A DNA stretch of 63,937 nt, the filler included, from Hausera hauseri (Eukaryota), in NCBI GenBank assembly GCA_046269625.1. It is 10 parts of 10 records of this genome, joined end to end, with 100 filler letters (N's around TTAATTAATTAA, not from the genome) between each part and the next. Parts side by side here need not be neighbours in the genome. Positions count along the whole stretch, not along the records: positions 16,210 to 20,458 come from JBJURY010676662.1; positions 20,559 to 25,240 come from JBJURY010477131.1; positions 25,341 to 30,213 come from JBJURY010407922.1; 7 more parts are not named here. The stretch is one strand, 5' to 3'. Positions 16,548 to 29,499 of this stretch are shown here, in pieces (the stretch's first letter is position 1; each line of letters begins with the position of its first letter). Both the position numbers and the translations under genes were made by a program. The notes under the pieces are model-generated. The model was not told the DNA's origin and searched no databases. It saw only the letters and a list, made by a program, of their open reading frames with translations.

Positions 16548-18576
16548 TCACTGACGCTCTTCTTCCTCCCTCAGGCACATCCGTGAGTCTCGGCTCTCCT
16601 GCCTGGGCCTCTGCGTGGTTGTCGACTGCTCGAAGAGGACCCTGATTTGTCTGGCTTGCTCAGCGTTGAGATGCATGGCGTAGAATCTGTCTGCGGTGGA
16701 GGTGTCGTGACACATGAAGCTTGCCAACCTGTGGCGAACCTCAGGGCTGTGGAAGTTCTTTACCTGATGAAGAGAAGCCAGAAAAGTCACAAAACACTGC
16801 CGGGTTCACTGCACTGAAACTCGGCTGTGTGTTTTAGCAGGCAACGTACATGTGTAGCCACAGAAGTCCTTATGTCTGTGAAGGTCGGCGATCCCGGAAG
16901 CCCCATCTCCTCCCACGCCACCCGGAGATACCTGAGGAGAAGCTTGCCCGGGCTGGTGGTAGTCGTGTGGAGAAACCTCTCCCCCGGCAGATCCAGAGCA
17001 GCCCTCATCCCCATCCACCGTTCAGCCCAGGCAAACTCCTCGTGCGTCAAGTATACTTGGGCCAGGCCAAAGGCACGGTTCGTTTTGTGCTCCCTGACCT
17101 GTGGAAGAGGCATGCAAATCGGTTAGCTCGCCACCCTGCTCTGCTGGATGTACTTACAACTTACGTTCACAACGAAGCCCAGGGACTCTGAATGATCCCC
17201 TGCCTTGGCAGCTTCCACGTCGGACACGGTCATGTTGATCAGCACGCCAGTCCGGTGACCGTAGAGTGACACAACCAGGGCAGCAAAGTAGCCGTAGAAG
17301 CGGTGCCTCAGGTGAGGGGACTCGTCATCATCCATCATGTCTGAGGGGGTTGCGAGAGAGAGGGAGAGATGTTTAAATTAAACACGTTTGCTCACAACAG
17401 GATGCAGATAAAAATCAAGTTTTACCAAGCAGCTGAGGGATTCTGGAGCGGGCCAAGTCCCGGCACTTCACTAGGGTCTGCCCCGAAACAACGCGAGCCA
17501 CCTTGGCCTCTTTAGCAGCTATTTGGTGCAGCACCACGTCTCTACGCAGCTGCTGGATGCAGTTCTTCAGTGTCCTCAAGATACCGGTCTGCTGTGACCT
17601 CGTCAGCCTGCACGACGGCGGCGAAGTCTCCGTGAAATACTTCATGAACTGACCCACGTTCTTGAGATGAATGCATGCGGTGGTGACGGTTCTCCCCTCC
17701 GACATCAGCTTGTGTGCCCAGCTGCAAGAACGCATTGACACGTTGAGCTTTTCACAGGGCCACACTGCGACGACCACGAACCAGCTTACCTTTGAATACG
17801 CCCAGCATCGTTCAGGAAGAGCCAGGTGCTCAGCTGGTTACAACCGTACGCCATGTGCCGTAGAAAGCGATTGACCCGGGTCACAGCAGACAGCACGTTC
17901 TCCCGGTGTTTGGCGCTAGGGCACCCGCCCTCCAGGAAGCCCTTGTAGCTCTGCACAAAATCAACTGTCGGGTGAAACAAAAGCAGACGTTAAGCACGCC
18001 CAAGCCGCATTTAGAGCATGTTAAAAGGCAAGCCTTACCCAAAGAGGCTGGAAAAGCAGATTCTGACAGCTGGCCCTCGCAGGCTGAAGCCACGGGTGAG
18101 TCGGGGACAGCACGTGCAGATGATGGGCCTGGCTCTTCCTCGTCTGGACGGGGCGGCTGTGAGGAGGTGGACGGAGGTGGCTCCTGACCCCCCGTTCTTT
18201 CATGTTCCCAGTCGACGCTGAAGCCCTCCATGGTGAGGCTGAAGGTCAGAGGAGGAGAAGGCTCCGTGTCCCCGAGAGCCTGGAGAAGCTCAATGGTCTT
18301 GACCCTCCTCACAGAATCAAGCAATTTGTCCTTAGCCTCGGTACTTAGCTCTGGGTGTCCGCTGAACAGGTGCTTATCCAGGCGGCCCGAACTGTAGGCG
18401 CACGCCTCGACCGGGCATTTGCTGTCCCTCACGTTTACTCGTCCACATGCCAATTGCAATAAAAGTTTCCTCTCTTGCACATTTTTCACCGAGTGCGCTC
18501 GCTGGAAGTGGTTTGACATGGCGGAATAAGTCTTGTTACAAATTGGACACGTGCACGCTTTGGAACTTGGTTCCAT
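16548..18576 (-). CDS. Spliced C2H2 zinc-finger plus tyrosine recombinase (Crypton-like) gene, 549 aa. Exons: 18576-18039, 17964-17790, 17721-17426, 17340-17165, 17098-16850, 16763-16548
   Basis: The GT-AG exons sum to 1650 nt in an open frame. N-terminus: CPICNKTYSAMSNHFQRAH and CPVEAC..LDKHLFSGH. YR motifs: LYGHRTGV (R), EHKT (K), FTDIRTS (R), FMCHD (H), ADRFY (Y). AATAAA on the minus strand near 16490. Confidence 0.8.
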
Positions 18577-18809
18577 AACCCGTCTGAGCTTCTGAAAAAG
18601 ACAGTAAAACATTCGGGGAACCGAGGCTTAAGGCTGGTGGGGGGAGAGTCTGACACAGTGCCATGTTTAAACACAGAGAAACCGCAAAAAACCAAAGAAA
18701 TGCCTTACCTGTGCCGGGTTTCTGGTGTTTCTCCTTGTGTCTGGTTGTCTAAAATGGCTGCTGATTAGATTGAGAACACCTGTGCGAAGCACGGCTCCAC
18801 CCCGCCTCT

Positions 18810-18860
18810 GAACGACCAATCAGAGCTGAGCCCGAGCGCCTATGAACGACCAATCAGAGC
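18810..18860. promoter_or_regulatory. Duplicated CCAAT-box motif upstream of the recombinase gene
   Basis: GAACGACCAATCAGAGC occurs twice, just upstream of a probable 5'UTR exon whose donor is near 18706. Confidence 0.45.
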
Positions 18861-18914
18861 CGAGCCGGAGCACACAGGCTGGGTACAGCTCATCCAGGTT
18901 GTCCGGGGGCCCTG

Positions 18915-20400
18915 GAGGTCTGACACTTCCAGGACGCACACAGAGTGTTACCAGCTCATGCGTCCGACCGCAGCAGCCTCAGCTCGGACCCGCTCCATGA
19001 AAACCGCCCCTCGTGCACCCTGGAGCTCAGACACCTCCAGGACGCGCACCGAGTGTTACCAGCTCATGTGTCCGACCGCAGCAGCCTCTGGTCGGACCCG
19101 CTCCATCAGAACCGCCCCTCGTGCACCCTGGAGCTCTGACACCTCCAGGACGCGCACCGAGTGTTTCCAGCTCATGCGTCCGACCGCAGAAGCCTCAGAT
19201 CGGACCCGCTCCTTGAAAACCGCCCCTCGTGTGCCCTGGAGCTAAAACACTTAGTCTCTGGAGAGAAATCGACAAGCGTTTTTTTTCTAAGTGTCTTAAA
19301 AACTGGGTTTGTGAAATCGTTCCGAAGGGTGTTTTCAGGGTTGGCCAAACCTACCCCACGAGGCAACTTTAACTTTTTTTCTCAGGACAAAACCTCTCTG
19401 AGAATACATCAAAACTCCCCCCGGTGAACCTGGAGCAGCTGTACCCGGCGGGGGGGGGGACCCAGGCTGGGTACAGCTCCTCCAGGTTGCCCTGGAGCTC
19501 TGACACCTCCAGGACGCGCACCCAGTGTTGCCAGCTCGTGTGTCCGACTGCAGCAGCCTCAGCTCGGACCCGCTCCATGCAAAACCCGCCCCGTGCGCCC
19601 TGGAGCTCTGACACCTCCAGGACGCGCACCCAGTGTTGCCAGCTCGCGTGTCCGACTGCAGCAGCCTCAGCTCGGACCCGCTCCATGCAAAACCCGCCCC
19701 GTGCGCCCTGGAGCTCTGACACCTNNNNNNNNNNNNNNNNNNNNNNNNNNNNNNNNNNNNNNNNNNNNNNNNNNNNNNNNNNNNNNNNNNNNNNNNNNNN
19801 NNNNNNNNNNNNNNNNNNNNNNNNCCAGCTCGCGTGTCCGACTGCAGCAGCCTCAGCTCGGACCCGCTCCATGCAAAACCCGCCCCGTGCGCCCTGGAGC
19901 TAAAACACTTAGGCTCTGGAGAGAAATCGACAACCGTTTTTTTTCTAAGTGTCTTAAAAACTGGGTTTCTGAAATCGTTCCGATGGGTGTTTTCAGGGTT
20001 GGCCAAACCTACCCCACGGCCTCACTTTAACTTTTTTCTCAGGCGAACAGCTCTCTGAGAAAACGTAAAAATTGTTCCTAATAAAACTGTCCGTAACTCG
20101 GTCAGTTTTGCAGCTACGGACAAACCGAGCACACCGTTGGAAAGCTCTCGGCGTGGGCATGCAGATCCGCTCCGGGGACAGTGGGGGGGGCACCCAGGCT
20201 GGGTACAGCTCCTCCAGGTTGCCCGGGGGCCCTGGGTGAAGCTGCACCCAGGAGAGGAGCTCCGGAGCTGGGTGCAGCTCCTCCACGTTCCCCGGGGGGG
20301 CTCGGGCGAAGCTGTACCCGGCGGGGGGGGCACCCAGGCTGGGTAGTCTCCTCCAGGTTGCCCGGGGGCTTGGGTGAAGCCACACAGGGCCACGGGCCAC
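18915..20400. repeat. Composite GC-rich repeat array: 108-bp minisatellite blocks (18915-19242 and 19495-19901, with a gap), a duplicated ~160-bp AT-richer spacer, and CTGGGTACAGCT-core repeats
   Basis: Direct repeats are visible, and 19240-19400 is duplicated at 19900-20060. Confidence 0.88.
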
Positions 20401-20558
20401 GCGCAAAGTTACCCGGACATTTGCCGCACAAAGCGGGACATTTGCAATATAAACGTATNNNNNNNNNNNNNNNNNNNNNNNNNNNNNNNNNNNNNNNNNN
20501 NNTTAATTAATTAANNNNNNNNNNNNNNNNNNNNNNNNNNNNNNNNNNNNNNNNNNNN

Positions 20559-21682
20559 CAGGAGTCAGGGAGTCAAGGAACTCTTCAAAGGATTTCTTAG
20601 CAGTAGCTTGATTTTGAAGGTTTTCTCCTTCAAGAAGAGATCGAGGTGGTAGAAGATATGATAATCTGTCGGTGACAGGTCCAGTAAGTAAGGCGGGTTC
20701 ACAGAGCTTAGTAGTCCAACTCCATCAGATTTCGGAGTGTCATTTTTGACACGTGAGGTTTGACGTTGTCGTGGAGGAGTATAGGACATTTTCGATTGAC
20801 CAGTGCTGTTTGAAGACGTAGTAATTTATTGTGCATTTCATCGATTAGACTACAATATATCTCGGCTGTGATGGTTTCTCCCGGATTCAGAAAACTATAA
20901 TTCACGACCCCAGCTACAGACCACTAAACTATCACATCACCTTCCTAATATGCAAATTCGGTTTGGGAAATTATTTTGGAAATTCACCTTTATCCAACCA
21001 CTGACTCGCACGTCGTCTGTTGTCATAAATAATTCATTTTGCATCGCACGTAACAATGCGATCAAGAAACGGTTCGTTTTTATTGTGCAGAAGAAGCGAT
21101 AAAAACAATTCGAAGCGGAGATTTCTCTGTTTTTCGTTCAGTTCATGCGGCCCCCACTTCTCCAGTTTCTTTGATTTATCCAGTTGGTTCAGGTGCTCAC
21201 AAAATGTTGATGAATTAACTCCTAATTGTTCTGCAAGCTCCACGACAGTTTGGTGTGGATCAGCTTCGACAAAAGCTTTCAATTCATCGTTGTCAACGGC
21301 ATAGGGACGACCAGATCTTTCTTCATCCTAGAGTCTTTCATCTCCCCCATGGAATTTTACAAACCAACGTTACACAGTTCTTTCATTTACACTGTCTTTT
21401 CCAAAGGCACAGTTTACATTACGGCTAGCTTCAGCTGCATTATGACCGAGTTTGAACTCGTATAAAAAATCGCACTCAAATGCATCTTATCCATAGCTTT
21501 GTGTCTACTCTTAAAATTTAAAGAACACAATTGATAAACTTAAACAACTGCGCACAGAAGTACAGCGTGATCAGCGCGTTGAAAGGATATACATTACTTA
21601 CACATTCGAAACTCCATTTGATTAACAATTATGCATCAAAGGTGAAATTGCAAAAACCGACATAACTTTTCGAACGACCGGA
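20559..21682 (-). mobile_element. Degenerate mariner element (Hsmar1/SETMAR-like transposase) inserted at TA into the Gypsy 3' extension
   Basis: TIR TCCGGTCGTTCGAAAAGTTATGTCGGTTTTTGC with TA at 21683-21684; ATG at 21494. Motifs WGPHEL, FLDRIVTCDAK, LLHDNVKPH and PPYLLDLSPTDYH. Confidence 0.9.
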
Positions 21683-21684
21683 TA

Positions 21685-24600
21685 GTTTAACGATAAGATC
21701 ACTCCTTGTCGAGACGAGATGGCCTTTTAGATTATTGGAGATAAGTGAAAATTTTCCATCATAACAATCTTTATGAGTTGTAGCTGCTAGGTTGGCAGTT
21801 ATATTGTAGTGGAACGATTTCCGTCGCTGGACTTTTTTGCGCCTTCTTTAACTAAAAGAATAGAAATTAACTGTGGCCAAAATAGGTTTAGAATACATAT
21901 GTGTTTCTGTTGTTTGAGGTAGGTCGCAAGGCATTTAGTGGCATTAGCTTGTACGTGTGTGCACAGACATAGGGTGATATCTTTTATCGGGCGGATTTTT
22001 TCCGTTTAGTATCGGTTAGCTTTCCAGCTTGCAGTTGTTCATTAATAAAAGGCGCATTTGTGTCATTTAATGATTCATGAGAATTCTCAGCAATTTTAGC
22101 TGTTTAAGTGTATTTTCAGATTTTCGTATTCTACCTTTTATTTTAATGCAAAAGATTAACGGGCGGAGAACAACTATTAGTAACAGGAGAACGCTCAATA
22201 TTATGATCGTCTTAAAATGTCCTTTGAATTATTTTTAGCGTATCGCATCGTAGTTATTTTCGTATTTCTCTTGGTTTTCATTATTACCCGCTTCAACGTT
22301 TTCTCCATCCGATTGATAACTTGTAAGTTTTGTCCATCTTCATCTAGTTCTGTTATAGCAACTTTGTAATGTGTCAGCCTTCAAAAAGAATCATGCGGAT
22401 GTTGGCTCTTGTGTCAATACTGTTTCACTTACAATCCACTTGTGAAGAGAACACTCGAATTTTATGGTTGCGATTTTCAGATCAAATACTGTATTGATGA
22501 GATAGTGCGTAGTTTGTTGTACAATTATATCCAATTCTCTATTAACTTTCTTAATTTCGACTGTTAGACTGGTCACTACTTTTCGTGGTGGTATTGAGGT
22601 AGTTATTGTTCTTATTGCAGTAGTCATCATTTTCAGGGCCATTTCTGTTACACCTGGTCGATCTATTCCTTTTGACCATATCCATTTGTCACTTGGTTTC
22701 TTTCCGGTCCAATACCATATTGTATATTTTCTATCGAAGGGTATCGGACAACACAAACGGCGATTGTGATAATCCGGCTCGCATCTTATAGTGTCGGTTT
22801 CATTAAATATCCAATTTTATTGTTCAATGTTTTAATATTGGGACTTTCGGTTCCACACGCTCCATCTTTCATAACTTTAGTTCAGAACGTAACGAGGAAA
22901 TCTGGTTTATTGAATTAGTATATGGTACCGGGAAATGAATAGTAAGATCTGTACCAATTTTCATTACTTCTTTTTCCAACTGCATATTGGATTCTGTACG
23001 ACATCTTGAATGAGAATCCGCAGCAAATGAGTGGTGGTTGTCATATAGGTCACAAAACTCTGGAATGGCCACGTGTGATGTAGATACTTTAGGTTTTGAT
23101 TAGCTTTTATTTTTACACAAGGATATTTTCCAACTTGAATACCTTGGTAATTTACTTCCAAGAGCTCAGTCGATATGCATGTTATTAAGCTTAGCATTAT
23201 TAATGATATTGTCGATAAATTGAGTCCTCCATTTCTCATTTTCGATTCTAACGGTGCTGATTTGCATCTATTTGCATGGACATTTATTGGTTCTGTTTTG
23301 TTTCTCTTGTTTTTATTTAAGTAACTACTGGTTTCATCTACATTTCGAATCATATAAGGACCTTTATAAGGTCTATCCAATTTTGGAGTCTTTCCTCTCT
23401 TACTCAGAGGTGTGTGCAGCATAATTATGTCTCCAGGTTTAAAATTGTGCGGTTTAGACTTTTCATCGTCTCGATTTTTATATTCTTTTTGACAGATCTT
23501 TATATATCGAGCAGTCAAATCCCATACGTATCCCACTTTTTCTTCTAACAATTTTTTATACTCCATTTCTTTTCAATGTGAGACAGATGTTTTGAAATCC
23601 GGGTAGACTGGCATGTGAGCATAAAATAAAACGGAGTTTATTTTTTATCAAATAAAATTCGTAGGATGAATCGTATTTCTGATTGGAAATAAACAAGCCT
23701 CTGTGTATTCATCACAATCATCTTGTCGTTCGTTAATCATCGTAGCCAACATATTGGTTAAAATATCGTTAAATCGTTCTAATGTTCCGTTAGTTTGTGG
23801 ATGATAAGGAGTCGTTTTCAACTGTAATATCTGAAATATTTTTGAGATTTCTGCCATGACTTCTTCCGTAAAATTTTGAGCTTGGTCAGTTAATAATTTG
23901 AAGACTGCTCCGTAGTTAAACACGATTTCTTCAACAAAAGCTTATGTGATGGTTTGAGCCTTCATATTCGGTATAGGAAATACGACTTGCCATCTCTAAA
24001 ATAAATCAACAAACACAAACATTTATTTATTTCCATTAATTGTCATCGGTAGCGGTCCCAGGATGTCCATTGCTGAGAATTCCATAGGATGTGGTGGTCA
24101 TTCCAACGGTTTAAGAGGGATTTAATTGTTGAGCCTGTTTTTCCTTGTAGTACAAATTGGACAATTTTTGCACTATTCTTGTACATCTTTAGGCATGCTG
24201 TACGAATAGTACTTTCTTTTCAGTCCGTTTAAAGTTCTCTTTACTGACTGATGTTCTCCAAGCATGTCATCATGATATTGTGTCAATAGTAGCTTTATAT
24301 CTTCTTGAGGAACGATTAAAACCAGTTTTCCTTTTTTCATGGTATAATACACCATCTTTTATTTCGTAATTTTCGGCAAATTTTATCAGATGAGCATGGA
24401 GGTTAGCATCATTCGGTATCGTTTTCTTTTGGATATATTCTTTAATATGTTTTATTGGCTCGTTATTCTGCTGCTTTTGTAACAGTGATTTTTCTTGTTC
24501 TGTAATACTCCAAATAGCTTCTATAAATCCTAGTTTATCTATTGATTCGTCTTCTTGATCTGTATCTTCGGGTTTCCTTAACAGATAGTCGGCATTTGCG

Positions 24601-25240
24601 TTCTTCTTCCCGGTTTATATTCGAACTATAAATTATATGGTTGGAGTAATATAGCCCATTTCATTAAAAGGCTATTCCGACTTTTATGATTTTTTAACCA
24701 TTGTAATGGTTTATGGTCAGTGTAAACAACATTTGGTTTTGTTTCTGATAAGTATTGACCGTATTGCTCCAGTGCGTATACAACTGCAAGTAATTCTCTT
24801 TCAATTGTAGTTTCTTTCATGCTTTCTCAGCTGCCTTCCTCCCAATGATATGGGATATTCTTGGTCCTTATCATCTTTTTAAGGCAAAGCAGCTCCAATA
24901 CCAACTTTACTCGCATCTGTATATAGGAAATATGGCTTTGACATATTTGGATAAGCCAATATAGTTGGTGCCAGTAAATTATCCTTTAATTGTTGATACG
25001 CTTTTTGGCATTCTTGTATCCATACAAGCTTTGAATTCTGTTGCAATAACAAATGTAGTGAAGCGGCTATTTGCTGATAGTCTTTAACAAATTTTCGATA
25101 ATAACCTGTTAGACCGAGAAACTTTCGGACTTCTCTAACTGTTTTTGGAACTGGAAAATCTTGAATTATAATAATTTTTCCCATCTGAGGACTGATGCCT
25201 TCTCTACTCACTGTATTACCTAAAACGTCAACTTTGGTTC
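21685..25240 (-). mobile_element. Gypsy LTR retrotransposon copy A (RT end, RNase H, integrase, in-frame membrane-protein extension), degenerate
   Basis: VRKFLGLTGYYRKF, LYTDASKVGIGA, IERELLAVVYAL, YTDHKPLQWL, LLTDQAQNF, TTPYHPQTNG and GPY. These are followed by VHANRCK..LSTISLIMLSLITC and by ectodomain/TM segments homologous to 36200-37820. Confidence 0.9.
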
Positions 25241-25340
25241 NNNNNNNNNNNNNNNNNNNNNNNNNNNNNNNNNNNNNNNNNNNNTTAATTAATTAANNNN
25301 NNNNNNNNNNNNNNNNNNNNNNNNNNNNNNNNNNNNNNNN

Positions 25341-28300
25341 AGTAAACAAAAAGTTGCTTTGGCACCAAGATGATGTAACGAATGTACACTATCAAAAGCT
25401 TGTTTGTGTAAATATGGGGCAAGAATTATTTTAGAATGTTCTGGTTTGGAAGTATCTAAGGCCACGCCGTCAACAATGTGGTGCGACTTGAACGATTTGA
25501 GAATATCTTGAGATGGCTGATTTTCCTGGAGTTTTGTCTGAGTAAAGATTAGCGAAAAATTGATTGAATCCACTGATCTAGATATGAAATCGGCAACTAG
25601 ATTGTCAACACCGTCAATGTGTTTGATGTCAAAGTTAAATGTGGACAAATATGAAATTTGTTGTTCCTGTCGAGTTGAAGGGTGTTTCACTGCCATTACA
25701 TTAATCAACGGTTTGTGATCAGTCTGTATAACAAAATGATGAGCTGTAATTATGTGACAAAATGTCTTAGAGCAAGAACTATTGCCAGCAGTTCCCGATC
25801 AAAAGTTGAATATCTAGTATCTGGTGTCGTTAATTTTCGGGAAAAGAATTCTAGAGGCTGATTTTCACCTTTATACAACTGGTGTAGTATGGCACCTACT
25901 GAGATGTTTGATGCATCTGTGGTTAAAATTAGTTCAGCGTTAGGCTTAGGAAATGCTAGTATTTCAACAGTCTTTAGTCCTTTAAGTAGCCTATCAAACT
26001 TATTAACCAGTTGTGGTGTCCACATGATTTTCTTATGTATTCTTCCTCCGCTTAAGTGTGCAAAAGGTGCCGTGAGTTCCGAACAATATGGAATATATTT
26101 GTGGACGAAATGGAAGGTACCAAGAAAACTGCACATTTCTGTGGTTGTCTTAGGTTGTTGGACATTTGTAAGAGTCTCAACTTGATTAGGCTGAGTTGAA
26201 TGGCCGTTTGATGAGATAATATGTCCCAGAAAATTAACGCGTTTTTGGAAGAAGTTACATTTTGCAAAATTGATCTGTAGGTTGAACTGATTAAGTAGTT
26301 CGAAGATAGATCGTAGGTGTTCACCGTGTTGTTTAACAGAATAAGAAGCAACCAAGATATCATTAATATATGGATGCGCGAAAGTGAAGTCTGAAAGAAT
26401 TGAATCAACATGTCTCTGAATGATTTGCGCAGCATTCCGTAGACCGCAAGGCATATACAAATACTTATAAAGACCAAAAGGTGTGGTAACCGCAGTTTCT
26501 CGATGTCTTCCGGTGCGACAGGAATCTGGTGGTATGCTTTGGCTAAATCGATTGATGAATAAACTGTGGTAGAATTAAGCCGATGTAATATATCTTTGAT
26601 CAAGGGTAGTGGATGCGCATCCGTTATGGTCAAAGTATTAATCTGGCGATAATCGCCGCCTAGTTGGAAAGATCCATCTTTCTTTTGGACAACGTGGAGA
26701 GGCGAAGACCATGGGGATTTAGATCTAAGAACAATACCTGATTTCTCGACTTTGAAAAATTCTGCCTCTACTGCCTGCCTACGACGAGGTGACAATGGAC
26801 GAACCTTTTGTCGAACTGGTCTTTGGTGGCGTGTAATTATATAATGGTAAATGCCGTTTACAGGAATGAAATTCCGATATTTTTGAAGTATACGAGGACA
26901 AAAAGTAATGATTAATTGTTGTAAGCTTACGAGTAGTTGCTGGAATATTGTAAATGACGATGAACCACGAATGCTGGAAGTACTTGGTATATGTTGATTG
27001 ATTGTTGGAGAGGAATGGAGTGGAGTTTGAAATAGAATGGTCGAGTCCGGGACCTTATTTGAGTTTTGTTCATTGATTTTACTGAAGATACCAGATCGTG
27101 AATGTCGACAATGAGCTGTGACTGACTATCGACGTTGTCCTTTGGAAGCTTACGATGTAAAACGTGGTAGTTAAGAGAATTAGTATAAGGTATAGATCGT
27201 TTAAAATTTGATTGCCTACTTACAGTTGGCCGTGTTGTCGTCAGGGCGCTGTCTATTCCTGTGCTACAGTCTTCAGGTATATTTGATTTCAGGCATCGTT
27301 GGTTACAATCGACTAGCAAGTTATAGTGTAACAGTAAATCGGAGCCAAGTATTGCTGTTGCCATGATCTGCCGAGAATACTGGCGGCGAAATCAGTTTTT
27401 TGGATTGGTGAGTTCGGACAGTTACTGTTAGAGGAACTGAAATACAATTCCGAGCATTAGATCCAAATTTTGCATGATAAATGCAAACTATGTTATCTGA
27501 GTGTAGATTCGCCGAATAATATCTACACCCTAAACAGCATTTATTTGCTTTGTTGTTAAATTTGTTATGGTAATAACATATAAATGACCGTGTTGATGAC
27601 AGTGTTCGATTTCTGGAAAGAGAACGCATTTGATGAGGGGAGGAAGCTTTCCGTCGATATAAGGAAAGGTCATTCAGCTTACCATTGATAGTGTTGATTG
27701 TATGTTGTACTGCCGCATTTTCGGCGCGTAATTGGTTCAATTGGTGCTCTATAGATGTATGTCGTTGATTGTCATCGGTCGTAATTGCGGCTGATATGAT
27801 GGGTTGTTATTGTATTTGTAAGACTTCGTGTGTTTTATCGGCCAATTTAGCTAGTTCATCTAAAGCTGTAGAATCCTCAACAACAGTAAGTAAAGCTCTA
27901 ATTTGAATGGGTAAAGCATTAAGGAAATATCGGCGAAGTAGATCCGGGTTGTGTTCATTGATGACCCCCAATGTACGCAAGTGGGCCAACAAGTGCGTAA
28001 GAAATCACTAGGTTTTTCTGTACCCATGGTGTTTTTATTAAAGAAGCGTTGTATTATCGAGTCAAGTGGTAATTCTGTCAGTTTTAATACAGCATTGAAC
28101 AATTGCGTATAAGGGTCAGTTTCTTGAAAGATGTCCAGTAAGTTATGAATTGAGGCCTTTATGGAATATAGTAGAAGGTAGAGTAGATTACGGGCTTTTG
28201 TTAACAAGTCTGTAATGCAGTTGGATTGTAGCCAAAGTTGATGGAAGTGGAGCCAAGTCTTACTAGAATTTTCATTGTCTGTAAAATATTCAGAGCAATG

Positions 28301-28894
28301 TGAGGGTGTAATTGTAGGGTTTTTGTGAGGAAATCTAGTGTCGGTTGTAGGTGGTGGATGGTTTGATTTTGGATAGTGGAGAATGGATTTGGGTTTTGTG
28401 GTAAACTTATCTGTGATGTCACTGGTTGGTGAAGGAATCATACCGCCGCGGAATCTAGGGTGAATGTAGATACAGAGGTAATATTGTGAGGACATGATGT
28501 GTGGGAGGTCAGTTAAAATGAAACCATTGTGAGTCAAATAGAAGTCATTGAAGACGGTGGCTTTATGAATGAGGTCATATAATTGTAATGTGTCAATACG
28601 TTGTGTGATATGTGCGGTATGTATTAATTTATTATTTACAAAAAGGTGGATGGGAAATGACGTTGGTAAACAACAAGCTGGATAATGTGGTATCTCCTCA
28701 CGTTTTATCGGGTGGATTCTAAGTGTGATAACTTGGTGTGTATTTGAATGGAATAACGGTCGATTTCTTTTTAACAAGGAAGTATTCACCACTGTACAGT
28801 AACTCGCGTAATAGATTCCAGGAATCTGTACATAGTTTGTAGATCGGTGGGAAATGTGACCTATGGAATTAAATACTTTTGTCAATGTCTGCAA
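25341..28894 (-). mobile_element. Gypsy LTR retrotransposon (CsRn1-like Gag; protease remnant, RT, RNase H), frameshifted
   Basis: Gag: DPYTQL..MGTEKPSDFLR, LDELAKLADK, CYYHNKF..ANKC, CIYHAKFGSNARNC. RT: SPWSSPLHVV, GDYRQIN, IDLAKAYHQIPV, YINDILV. RNase H: TTDASN, YSTFDRELLA, NLVADFISR. Confidence 0.88.
28442..28651 (-). other. Ubiquitin-like domain in frame upstream of Gag
   Basis: 70 aa, IHLFVNNKLIHTAHI..FYLTHNGFILTD..YIHPRFRGG, followed directly by Met. Confidence 0.55.
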
Positions 28895-29499
28895 ATGGTA
28901 TCTGTTTCCAGAATAGGTTGGAGGGAATATTGGGAAAAAAGCTGAAAGAAGAAATGCAGAGAATTTTTCAGAATTACATAAAATTAGTTTTCCGCCGCCT
29001 ATGAATTAAAGCCCAATGGACATAGAATACGTCACAGACATCGTAATAAAGCGTATCTTTAGCTCGAATTATTGATCGAAAGCTTCGAAACACGTAACCG
29101 TGTTAAATTACCAGTGTCGGATGCAATCATGTACGCCGATAGATGGAGGGTGGATAAATCCCAATCATAAAAGTATTGGCCAATATTCTCCAATAATTCG
29201 CAATCGTTTTTGACGGGTAATAATTTCTCAATGTGCGAAAAAATAGTAGCAAGACCATCCTGATTATCCGTGCCAGCATATCACATGGCCATTACAAAAC
29301 TTGACCCCACTAGCAACTGAAGGTAGATCTCATTGGCCGTCAGAATATACTTTTCAGCAAAATCCGTCGGTCGGATCTGTCTAAAGGAGTCAAGATGCCC
29401 TTCGGACAGTTCGGAAAAGTTGTCTTTATACGTGTATTTCAATCTCTCTTCAAGTTCCGAGAGATAAAGATGAAAGTGTATATAACATAAAACGCTTGT

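Noticed and set aside
18945-20510. Many overlapping ORFs on both strands
   Set aside because: They arise from GC-rich 108-bp repeats that lack stop codons, and they show no protein motifs.
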